A DNA stretch of 64,000 bases from Malacoraja senta (taxonomy: Eukaryota), in NCBI GenBank assembly GCA_038087875.1, contig CM075988.1:14510001-14574000 (forward strand). The letters are read 5' to 3'. The notes under the pieces were generated by a model. The model searched no databases. It was not told where the DNA came from and saw only the letters and a program-made list of their open reading frames with translations. How positions within the stretch are numbered: position 1 is the first letter of the stretch; each line of letters begins with the position of its first letter. A program made the translations under genes and the position numbers. Below, piece by piece: positions 1-10,766 of this stretch.

Positions 1-258
1 GAGCAAACAAAACCACAGACAGAATTTTAAAGCATGGATGCTCTGGAGTGGGCGAGAGCATGCGAGAAACCTGGAAGTGCAATGCGTATGTCAGTGGCAT
101 TTTAACTCGGAGCCTCCATTATTATTTAAACTTCTCCTTTCCGGTCCAATTGGTGCCAGCGGGGATGATGATAACACACCCGCCATGAATTCTTCTAATA
201 CCAAAATAAAATGTCTAGACGCAAAAGCTGCCTTGGAACCATGGCCATTTGCTCTGGA

Positions 259-1147
259 GTGGAAGCAAGGAACTGCAGGTGCCGGTTTATAATTAAAATA
301 AGACACAAAGTGCTGGAGTAACTCAGCAGGTCCAGCAGCATGTCTGGAAAACATGGATAGGTGAGGTTTCGAGTCGTCTCCCTTCTTCAGACTGATTGTG
401 GGGTTGGGTGGGAAGAAACCTGGAAGAGAGGAGAGACAGGACAAAGCCTTGCAAGTAATAGGTGGATACAGGAGAGGGAGGTTTTTGATAGGCAGTGGGT
501 TGGACAGAAGCCAGAGATGAAAAGACAAAGTGTTCCCAATGTGGCCTTCTGCACATTGACGAGACCAAGCATAGACTCTGCAACTATTTTGCCAAACACT
601 AGTGCTCAGTCTGCCAAGGCTTACTGGATCTCTCAGTTACAAACCATTTTAACTTTTCTTCCCATTCCCATACTGACATTTCTGTCCTGGGCTTCCTCCA
701 ATGTCAGAGTGCGGACAGCACGCAAACTGGAGACAACTGATATTCCACTTGGGTAGCTTACAACCAAATGGTACGAACAATTCACTCTCTTCTACCTACC
801 CTCTCTTTTCTTTACCCCCTTCCCTCCCCCCCCGTGCCCCCCACCTGGATTTGCACACACTTCACCCTCCTCCACCTTCTCCCCTTCCATTCCTTCCTCT
901 AGGTTCACAATTTGCAACTTTTGTCTCACATCTTCTCTTTCATCTCTGGCCTTTGTTCAACCATCTGCCCGTCAAAACCAACCCTCAGCTGTATCCCCCT
1001 ATTAATTGCCAGGCTTTGTTCTGCCCCATCTCCTCTCTTCCAGCTTTCTCCCCCTCTCCTGCCACCATAATCAGTGTGAAGAAGGGTCCCGACCCAAAAC
1101 ATCACCTATCCATGTTCTCCAGGGATGCTGCCTGACCTGCCGAGTTA
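259..1147. mobile_element. Penelope-like element: inverted terminal copy (259-~530) plus + strand GIY-YIG 3' remnant and tail
   Basis: ~545-790 is a degenerate match to the PLE endonuclease C-terminus (HFN..SHSHTD.SVLG...RKLE..LIFHLGSLQPNG). 259-530 is an inverted copy of ~920-1147. Confidence 0.8.
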
Positions 1148-1370
1148 GTTTGTATCTTGCTTTGCAGTGGAGATTGGGCAATGACACTGAAGTGTGAAGT
1201 GGCCTTTGACAGTGTGCTGTGGAGACTCCAGAGGGAGATAAGGGAAACAAAAACGAGTGCCCAAGACGAGAGAGTGTTGGAGATCCACGTCACGGCCGCA
1301 GTGTCACATCCAGGATCAATGAGCCAAGTAGTGCAGGAAAGAAGACAGCAATAGCACAACTGATTTATTC

Positions 1371-1917
1371 CAAGATTGACAGAAAATGCTGGAGTAACTC
1401 AGCGGTTACAGGCAGCATCTCTGGAGAGCAGGAATGGGTAACGTTTCGGGTTGAGACCCTTCTTCAGAATGATGTCAGGGGAGAGGGAGATACATAGATA
1501 AGTAAGTGTGAGATATGAAACCAGGAGAAAGGGGATGGAGATCAAGGAAAATGTAGAATAGATCATTGTTAGCTGGGAGAAGGTAACACCAAAACAAACA
1601 GAGATAAAATGTACTTGGAGACAATAAGACTGGTCGGAGATCTGGGAAGGGGGAGGGATGGAGGTGGAAAGCAAGGGTTACTTGCAGTTGGAGAAGTCAA
1701 TGTTCATACCGCTGGGGTGTAAGCTGCCCAAGCAAAATATGAGGTGCTGTTTCTCCAATTTGCGCTGGGCCTCACTCCGATAAAGGATGAGGCCTGGGAC
1801 AGAAGGTCAATGTGGGAATGGGAAGGGGAGTTAAAGTATTTAGCAACCGAGAGATCAGGTAGGTTTATGCGGATTGAGCAGAGGTGTTCAGAGAAATGAT
1901 CGCCGAGCCTGCGCTTG
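1371..1917 (-). mobile_element. Penelope-like element 3' part (GIY-YIG end plus tail)
   Basis: ORF 1704..1970 contains KRRLGDHFSEHLCSIRINLPDLSVAKYFNSPSHSH; the tail is shared with the other PLE copies. Confidence 0.85.
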
Positions 1918-4082
1918 TTGTATGTATTCAAGTGCGATGGGCATTGCTGGCGTTCAGAATTTATTGCCAATTCATAACTGCCATTGAACTGAACTACTGA
2001 TCAAGTTTATTTCAGAGGGTAGTTAAGATTTGATCAATATTATTTTAGACCAGATAAGGACATCAAGTGCCTTCCCTATATGGCAGTGGTGAATTAGATG
2101 ATTTCTTGCAACATTCTGATAGCCTCATCGTCAAAATTAATTTAATGATACCATCTTCTTAATACTAGATTTAATGAGCAAATATTAAATACCCAAGGGC
2201 TGTGCTGGGGTGTGAACCAGCCATAGGATTAGGTCTTGGAATCATTAGCTTTCCATATCTCGTCCATAAATCAGTAAATTTCCATAACTCTGGATCCCCT
2301 CTCCTGTGAGCTGCATGCTTCTGGTATTTGCTGGTGTTCCTGTTATCAATGGTCACTCTGGTTATCATATGGCAGTGTCATCTCACCCATGCTGTTCTGA
2401 AAGACGAGAACTCCACAAGTGTAAACCTCTAAACCTCAAAACTGTGCTTGACATTTCCAAGGTGCATGCGACACTTACAAAGTGTAGATGACAGCTCGAA
2501 AGTGTAGATGACAACTTTAACATGTGTAAAGGCATCTCTCAGCGCAAGCACAACAAACCCTTTCACACAAGCAGGTACAAAAGCAACTGTGAACATTATG
2601 TAGTCCTTGACATTTCCCCAACAATGGATCAGCTCAATGATGCCGTGTCAGAGGCTTGATTTCGCTGGAATTCATAGGAAGATTTGAAAACTCATGGAGC
2701 TAAAGTTTTCCTGATGGATTGTTTGGACCTCACCTCTTGAGAGGAGGTGCATAAAGAAACAATAAAAAGTGGTCGTCACAGAGTGGATCTGCATTCTTGT
2801 CCCTTCACAATTGTTCTCGTTTAATCACCAATTACAGCATCGCACACCCATGCATGGCTGTATCACAAGTATTACCACTACACATGCACTTTATTCCCCA
2901 TGCATTCCTTCACATAACATTTATCTGAAACAGATTGGGAGTGGGTTATAAAGTTTGAAGATGTTTTCACTCACTCAGACACAAGGCATAGAGTTGTGCA
3001 CCACAGACACAGGCCCTTTGGCCTTCCAACTCTCTTTCACCAATGCCGTCATCCCAATTATCCACATTATGTCAGTATCCCTTTTTGCCTTATTTATTCA
3101 TGTGTTTCAATGAATATGGCGATTATATCCAATTCCATCTCCTCCTCTAGACTGTGTTCCAAACTATAAGTAAAAAAACCTTTCCCCCAAATCATTTTTA
3201 AATTTCCTTCTCACCTTAAACCCATGACCTCTGGTTTTTTTGATAGCCCTATCCTGGCGGAAAAGACTTTGACTACCTACCTTATATCTACTTCTTATAG
3301 TTGTACGCATCTCCAATTGGTAACACCTCAACTAGCATTGTTACAAAACTTACCATCAGCGGCGCTGGAGATCTGCCACTGCCTGCGATTCCAGAGGCTT
3401 TGGGGGGGGGGGGGGGGGATTAAAATGCAGGTTTGTTTTGGTTGTCGGAGAGGGATTTCCTCGGGCTGCTAGCTGATGAAGAAAAATCGTTCGCGCTTCC
3501 GTTCCGCTTTTTTTATTTTCTATTTGCTGGACGATTGCATTGCCGGATTTAAGTTAAATGTGACTTCTAACACCTTCAACATCACAGATCGCAATATCAG
3601 GACAAAACAAAAGGTGTGTTGTTTATTTTACATGTTATCTTGCTTTTTTTGTGGCGTCATTTTAATCTTATGATGTGAAAAATGTTATTTAGGTCCCGAT
3701 ATGAATCGGCCATGTCTTGCCTGCCGATATGGGCTTAAAATTTATGGCAATGGCAACATTCCAATCGATCACATTCCAGAAACATCTACTCGCAAGATAA
3801 TCAAATTCATTATTTTTTTGCCATGTCATAAGAACATCTAAATCATCTATATTTTGTGTTATTGTCTATCCATGATCAATATTTTCATACTAAATATCCA
3901 CAGTACAGTTTTAGTCAGATGTATTGTGCAAAAATTAATGATTTTGATTATCTTGAGAGTGGATGTTTCTGGATTAATTTATGGGAATTAAACTTGGCAT
4001 TTGGCATATAGATTCATGACAAAGTGAGATTTAAAAATCATGTTACATTGTCAATTCTTGTGTGAATGGGATCAGTTTGTTA

Positions 4083-4613
4083 AGGGCCTGTCCCACTTGG
4101 GCGAACTAATCCGCGAGTTCTGGCGAGTGTGCCCTCGACTCATACTCGCAGCATGGTCGACACGAGGTCATAGGAGGTCTTCGTAACTCTCCTTCATGCT
4201 CGAGAGTGGTCTCCGCGTACTCAAGGCCTCATCTAGGTCCCGGAGTTTTTTTCAACATGTTAAAAAATGCCCGCAAGTAAAAAAAGGTCGCCATGGAAAA
4301 AATCGATACTTTTTTTACTCGTAGGTTTAGTCATAGTAGGTCATAGTAGGTCGGCACGTTAGTCATAGGTAATCAAGGGTAGTCAAAGGTAGTCATAGAT
4401 AGTCTTCATCATAGCCAAAGGGAGGTCGAAGGAGATCGTCTTCACTCTCCACTATTCGGTGTCCAATTTTCCCGAAGTTAGTCGTAGCTGGTCTTCAACA
4501 TAGTAGAAGGAGGTGGAAGGAGGTCTTCTACATAGTCGAAGAGGTCTTCAACATGTTATTTTTTCAAACTCTTCTAAACTCGCCAATTAGGTCGCCCAAG
4601 TGGGATAGCCCCT
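4083..4613. mobile_element. PIF/Harbinger-type MITE nested in the TIR element
   Basis: About 37-bp imperfect TIRs (AGGGCCTGTCCCACTTGGGCGA...), TTA on both sides (4080-4082, 4614-4616), and internal catagtcg/ggtcg repeats shared with 23781-25115. Confidence 0.85.
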
Positions 4614-4852
4614 TTAGGCTATTTAAAAAAAAAAAGCCTTTTGTTAAGAAATGGAGAGATGTCTAGATCTAGTAATTGAATTTAGATGAATTTAATTGAT
4701 TAGATGAATGATGAATATGATTTTTTTGTTGGGTATTTACTATTTGTTTTAGCGTTTAACTTTATCATTTCTACAAAATGATAAACCTGCAAATAATAAC
4801 TTTTTTCTGTTAATGCTGTTCAGTGGGTTTTTTTCCTTTACATTTTAAACAG

Positions 4853-5193
4853 ATGTCTCCGAAGAAGAAATGCAAAATTGTCAATCTAAATGCCCAGCAA
4901 AAGAGACTGATTTAGACAGCATTCGCAAAGATTATCCATATTTGGACTACTCCAAATGTGATGATCTACAGGATATTCTTAATGGGAAACTAGTGGGCAG
5001 AAAGGCATGTCGTGCGTGGTTTGAAGAGCAAAAACTTGTAATTTACAATGCCAAAATTGAAAAGTTGAGGAAAAACAAGGTGTACAGAGTTGCTTATTGG
5101 TTACAATCCGAGGAGTATGATGCTACTGATTATGATATGCCAATGTACCAGCTAGCAACTGATCTTCTCCATAAAGACTTGGTCTTTTGCTAG
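4853..5193 (+). CDS. Transposon-borne terminal exon remnant with Spin/Ssty (Tudor)-like C-terminus
   Basis: Pyrimidine tract and acceptor (ttttcctttacattttaaacAG|AT), then an open frame to TAG at 5193, ending LVGRK...YRVAYW...MYQLATDLLHKDLVFC. Confidence 0.55.
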
Positions 5194-5816
5194 AAATTGT
5201 AATTTCTTTACCCGTCTGTTACGGACTTACAGCATTTAATACAATAATATTAAAGTTCTGATCTTGAGAATATCACATTTTTGAATTTTCAAGGCAGTCT
5301 CGGTGTTTATTATTATTTCCGTCACAACGGTCAATTTTATAATTAACTACAATTGGGTAACTAACTAATTATAGGCTTTAATTTCAGGTCATCCAAGTAA
5401 GATGTTTCATATTTGTTTCAGAATGCTTCAATCTATAATAACTGAAAATTTAATTCAGTTCTCTTAATTTTAAGGAAGTTATGGGCTTTTGACCGTCCTC
5501 GACCACAGCTTTTGTGTTAAGTCAATGGAAAAGCAATAGGGAACAAGATGCTAATTTCCGAGTATAAAAATGACCATAACTGTTATAATACTGATGATAT
5601 GGAAGTGAATTAGGTATCAAATTAGTTCTTTTTATGCTTTATATGATGGGATACATTATAGGCTTAAAATCTCAAAATTTTGTAACATTCCTACCTCAAC
5701 ATTCTTTGCTCCATTATCTCCTCATAACAGAATCCAGGCATCAGGTTGATAAATCTTCACTGCATTCTCTCCAGTGAAACAACATCCTCTCTATATTAAT
5801 ATCATAATCCTTAACA

Positions 5817-6093
5817 GGGGTGGCACATTACAGCACCAGAGACCCGGTTTCAATCTTGACTATGGATGCTGTCTGTACAGAGTTTGTACATTCTCCCTGT
5901 GACCGGGTTTTCACCGGGCTCCCACACTCCAAAGACGTACAGGTTTGTAGGTTAATTGGCTTCAATAAACATTGTAAATTGTTCTGAGCGTAGGATAGTG
6001 CTAGTATACGGGGATTGCTGATCGGCCCGGACTCGGTGGGCAGTAGGGCCTGTTTCTGCTCTGTATCTCTACATTAAACTAAACTAAACTCTA
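5817..6093 (+). mobile_element. tRNA-derived SINE (HE1/V-SINE-like), internally deleted
   Basis: B-box-like ggtttcaatc, core ctcccacactccaaagacgtacaggtttgtaggttaattgg, CR1-like tail and (ctaaa)n. Confidence 0.85.
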
Positions 6094-6127
6094 ATGAGAA
6101 TCAAACCCAACTTGTACAAGTTAGCGA

Positions 6128-6222
6128 AGGTAGACAAAAATGCTGGAGAAACTCAGCGGGTGAGGCAGCATCTATGGAGTGAAGGAAATAGGCAATGTTT
6201 CAGGCCGAAACCCCTCTTCAGA
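6128..6222 (-). mobile_element. Penelope-like terminal fragment
   Basis: Matches the PLE tail shared across the window (aaatgctggagaaactcagcgggtgaggcagcatct...ttcagac). Confidence 0.75.
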
Positions 6223-6308
6223 CAAGTTAACAATTTGACAATTTTTGACAAGATGTACAAGTTAGCAATTTTATTTCCGTCTTTTTTTTTGTCCACAAAA
6301 AAAAACCT

Positions 6309-6616
6309 CACGGTGGCGCAGCGGTAGAGTTGCTGCCTTACAGCCCTTGCAGCATCGGAGACTCGAGATCGATCCCGAATACAGGTGCTGTGTGTACGGA
6401 GTTTGTACGTTATCCCCGTGACCGGGTGAGTTATCTCCGAGATCTTTGGTTTCCTCCCACACTCCAAAGACGTATAGGTTTGTAGGTTAATTGGCTTGGT
6501 ACAAGTGTAAATTGTCCCTAGTGTGTGTAGGATAGTATTAATGTGCGGGGATCGCTGGGCCGAAGGGCCTGTTTCCACGCTGTCTCTCTAAACTAGTAAA
6601 CCAAACTAAACTAAAC
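6309..6616 (+). mobile_element. tRNA-derived SINE (HE1/V-SINE-like)
   Basis: A box (ggtggcgcagcggtagag), B box (gatcgatcc), conserved core and (ctaaa)n tail. Confidence 0.9.
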
Positions 6617-7764
6617 ACAATCTATTTCTCACTTGCATCAAATATTGCTAATATTATTGGGTATTGTCTGAAATGTTTTAAACGTCTCATTAGTGAAATA
6701 CTTTAAAAAGAATGATTGTAAACAGTAACTGTACATACATATTAGCCATGCTCTGTCGGGGTGTTGTGCTGAATCATGGCTGTGGTTAGATTTTTTTCTT
6801 CTATAAACAGATAAACACATTTATTCAGGAAAATTTTGTTTTGACTACGCGAGGAAAACCACCCCAGGCTCGTTGATGGACATCCTCCGCCCGGCCAAAT
6901 CAGACAGGTTTTATCCTCTGGTCCTTATTCTGTTGCTGTCACAAACCATAAGTGTAATTTGTGTGATAAAATCTTACTCTCCCTCCTGCACCAAACAAAA
7001 CATTAACCAATCAGTTATGGATACTGGTTGCTAAGCAACAGTACAATCTCTAAATCTCTGCACCAGACCTCTGGGTTTCTTCATTTATTGCACAGAGTTG
7101 CGTGAAAAGTTAAACATCTGATAAATTTGCTGAAAAAAGATGCAAGCAAAGAAACAATTTAGCAGGCTGCCAATAAGAATACGGTTAAGAAGCATGCATG
7201 CTTGCAATTATTTATTTTTTAATATTTCACAAAAATTATTTTTAACGTGTTCCAACCAATGCCTAATGATGCTTTAATTTTAAAGATAAGAACCATGTAT
7301 TGAAATGATCTTCTCAAGACATTTATCTAAAGTCAAAAGATGGCTTGGCAGTGTTTGAACCTGCACAGTTCAGTGAAAGTCCACTTGCTGGGTCACCTAG
7401 GCTCGACCCACATTTAATAATCAAGCCCACACACCTATCCTCGAAGGCGATTCCCACTGAGAGCTCTCTGAACAGAGAGCAAATCCTCCAGCATCGATGA
7501 AGACCCAGAGACGTGAATAGAATCATCCAGGGTGACGGTCCAAAGTATGGCATGCAGTTAGACCAAAGCCCTGTCTGATCTATTAGGGCAGATAGGAAAG
7601 ATCTCAGGAACCATGAAGATCAGGCACGTTATCCCTAGTATCTGGCCAATACATGTCCTATCAGTATCAACAGGCAACTGAACCATTCTACCAACAACTA
7701 ACGTGCAGTCCTGAGCTACTATCTACCTCATTAGACTCAAGAGAGTTTTATTGTCATGTGTCCC

Positions 7765-8864
7765 TGATCCGTAGGCCCCCCCTCGGTCATGACTGACCAT
7801 GGGTGATGCATCCTAGTTGTGGGCTGCTTGCTCCAAACCTCGGCTGGAGCAGCGTTGCTTGTGGCTGAAGAGACCAATGCGGGAGTGACAGTCTCTGTGG
7901 CCAAGGTCACATTTGTGTGGGGTCTCTGGTTTGTTGAAGTTGCTGCGCTCCTTTCTGCGTGCCCGCTTGTCTGCCGCTGCGTTCAACAGTTTCTCTTCCC
8001 CCGTTTTGAGATGATGGTTCAGGGTACCTCTTCACCTCGTGTGGTCAGCTGCAGGGTCCCCCCAGGACTCCACATCGATGTCGAACGCCTTCATATCTCT
8101 CTTGCAGACATCATTGTAACGTAGCTGGGGGTGGCCAATGGTTCTCCTCCCAGATGTCAGCTCCCCATAGAGGATGTCTTTTGGAATACGGCCATCCATG
8201 CGGTGGACATGGCCCTGCCACCGCAATCTGCGCTGCCCGAGTAGAGTGTACATACTGGGAAGGCCAGCGTGAGACAGGATCTTGGCGTTGGACACTCTGT
8301 CTTGCCAGGATTTGCCCAGTATACGGCGGATGCTTCTCAGGTGGAAGGTGTTGAGTCTTCTCTCCTGTCTGGCATATGTAGTCCATGTCTCACTGCCGTA
8401 CAGCAGCGTGCTGATGACACAGGCGTTGTAGACTGCTATCTTTGTCTTCACTGTCAGCTTCGGGTTGGTCCACACTCAAGTTGTGAGGCGAGCGAGAGTT
8501 GTAGCTGCCTTCCCGATCCTCTTATCAATCCCTGTGTCCAAGGAGAGGTTGTCGGTGATGGTGGAGCCAAGGTACATGAACTCATGGACGGCATCGAGTT
8601 TGTAGTCGTCGATGGTGATGACAGGCGGCGCCTCAGTAATCCTGCCCCAAGTCGTTCGTCTTCTTCAGGCTGATGGTCAGCCCGAAGTCCTTGCATGCCC
8701 GATAGAAGCGGTCCATCAGTGATTGTAGTTCCTGCTGGGTGTGGGACACAACTACAGTGTCATCGGCAAACAACATGTCTCTGATGAGAGCTTCACGTAC
8801 TTTTATCGTTGCTCTGAGGCGGGAGAGGTTGAAAAGCCTGCCATCTGATCTAGTACGCAGGTAT
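7765..8864 (-). mobile_element. RTE-clade LINE, 5'-truncated and frameshifted
   Basis: ORF 8032..8475 (LLYGSETWTTY...RRLRW.GHV.RM.GRIPKDILYGEL) and the RT motif DMLFADD near 8760-8780. Confidence 0.9.
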
Positions 8865-8887
8865 CTGATCTAGTACTCTACCTTATT

Positions 8888-9474
8888 AGAGTCAAGAGTC
8901 AAGAGAGTTTTATTGTCATGTGTACCAGATAGGACAATGAAATTCTTGCTTGCTGCAGCACAACAGAATATGTAAACATATTCTGTTGTGCTGCAGCAAG
9001 CAAGAATTTCAGAACAGGAGATAAAAGTTCAGTGTGTCTATATACCATAGACCATATATATACACACAATAAATAAATAAACAGATAAAAGGCAATAGGC
9101 TGTTATTCAGAGTTTGTTTGATGGCTGTGGGGAAGCAGTTGTTCCTGAACCTGGATGTTCCAGATTTCAAGCTTCTGTACCTTCTTCCCAATGGCAACGG
9201 AGAGATGAGTGTGTGGCCACGATGGTGTGGGTCTTTGATGATGTTGGCAGCCTTTTTGAGGCAGCGACTGCGATAGATACCTTCGATGGGGGGATGTCAG
9301 AGCCGATGATGGACTGGGCAGTGGTCACAACTTTCTGCATTCTTTTCCGCTCCTGGACGTTCAAGTTGCCAAACAAAGCCACGATGCAACCAGTCAGCAT
9401 GCTCTCTACTGTGCACCTGTAGAAGTGCGAGAAAGTCCTCCTTGACATACCGACTCTCCGTCATCTTCTCAGGA
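8888..9474 (-). mobile_element. Rex1/Babar-like LINE 3' fragment
   Basis: ORF pieces FYRCTVESMLTGCIVALFGN...VVTTAQSIIG and GRRYRSLKSGTSRFRNNCFPTAI; the 3' tail has aataaaa and (ctcttga)n. Confidence 0.8.
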
Positions 9475-9641
9475 ACCTTGGACTATCTTTGATTGAACTC
9501 TACTGGACTTCCTTGCACTAAATGTTATTCCTATTATCATGTATCTGTCCAGTGTGGATGACTCAATTGTAATCAGGTATTGTCTGTTCACTGACGAGTT
9601 AACACATAACAAAAGCTTTTCACTCTAACTCGGTACACGTT

Positions 9642-9770
9642 CAAAGTTCATCAGTGATATGAGCAGAATTAGGCCTTCCGGCTCAAATCTGTCATGGCTG
9701 ATCTATCTTTTCCTCTTAACCCCATTCTCCTGCCTTCTTCCCATATCTCCTGACACCCGTACTGATCAAA
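9642..9770 (-). mobile_element. CR1 LINE extreme 3' end
   Basis: Reverse complement of the CR1 3' end seen at 51960-52110. Confidence 0.7.
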
Positions 9771-9807
9771 CATTTGACAATAAACTAAACTCAACTAAAC
9801 TCAACTA

Positions 9808-9905
9808 AGTCTGAAGAAGGGTTTCGGCCCGAAACGTTGCCTATTTCCTTCGCTCCATAGATGCTGCTGCACCCGCTGAGTTTCTCCAGCATCTTTGTGT
9901 ACCTT
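9808..9905 (+). mobile_element. Penelope-like terminal fragment
   Basis: Shared PLE tail, starting with the hammerhead-like motif. Confidence 0.8.
9811..9838 (+). ncRNA. Minimal hammerhead ribozyme-like motif (PLE-associated)
   Basis: CTGAAGA-A-GGGT[TTCG]GCCC-GAAAC-GTT: CUGANGA and GAAA core, stem II with UUCG loop, NUH triplet. Confidence 0.6.
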
Positions 9906-10725
9906 TAATATCCATTCACATTGGTGTTTTTCAGAGATTGTCATGTACAAATTAACTGCCCATTTTAGAACAGAGACCACATTTCAAATAGTAACCATTT
10001 CATTGGCCTTAAAGAGCACTGGAAAGTGCACCATGTCTTGATGCCAAATCTAAATGGTGGACGGTCCTGCACAGTACTGTTATGGGAGTACTTTCACCAA
10101 AAATACTGCAGCAGTTCAAGAAGGTGGCTCATCGCCATCTTCTCTTGCATTTAGGAATGGGCAATAAATTCTGCCCGTTCCAACGATATCCACACAGCAT
10201 AAAGCAATAAACGTTAAAAACAAATGTTGCACCAGTGTGTTGTTCTTCACCCCCGAAATTCAATCCATTATAGTGTGTTGAGCACAACTGACTGGGGATA
10301 TTTTGCTTGAGGCAAAGCAATTTTGTAGCACTTTTTATGGACTAGGGATGCCCCAAAGCACTTCACAGTCAATAAGTTCTTCCTGTTGTTTAATCACAAG
10401 TTAAAAAATACAAAATATGAAACACAGCAGTAAGTTTGTACACAGCAAACGCCAACAAATGGCAATCAGATTATCTATTCAGTGATGTTGTGTAAAAGAT
10501 AAATATCAGCCAAAATATCAACCAAGTTCCTCTAATGTTTTCTAATAGGACCACAAGATATTTCACATCCATTTGAGAGAGCAGGGGAAATCTCTCATTA
10601 AATTTTCCTTTTAAAAAAAGCACCACAGCATTATCCCTGTACAACACTGGAGAGGCAGCTAAGATTTCTGTGCTGACTTCTCTGGAGTGATAGCATCTGA
10701 ACCATGGTTTCACTTCAGACAGGTT

Positions 10726-10726
<1 letters not shown>

Positions 10727-10763
<37 letters not shown>
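10727..10763. repeat. (CA)n microsatellite
   Basis: Read directly from the sequence. Confidence 0.97.

Positions 10764-10766
<3 letters not shown>

Larger units (their letters stand above)
3333..5693. mobile_element. Non-autonomous TIR DNA transposon (hAT-like), 7-bp TSD
   Basis: Left end TAGCATTGTTACAAAACT; right end reverse complement TAGGAATGTTACAAAATT. Flanking direct repeat CCTCAAC at 3326-3332 and 5694-5700. Confidence 0.75.
2988..5795 (-). mobile_element. Degenerate CR1 LINE 3' fragment split by the 3333-5693 insertion
   Basis: 2988-3332 and 5694-5795 resemble the other minus-strand CR1 3' ends and rejoin at cctcaac. Confidence 0.6.
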
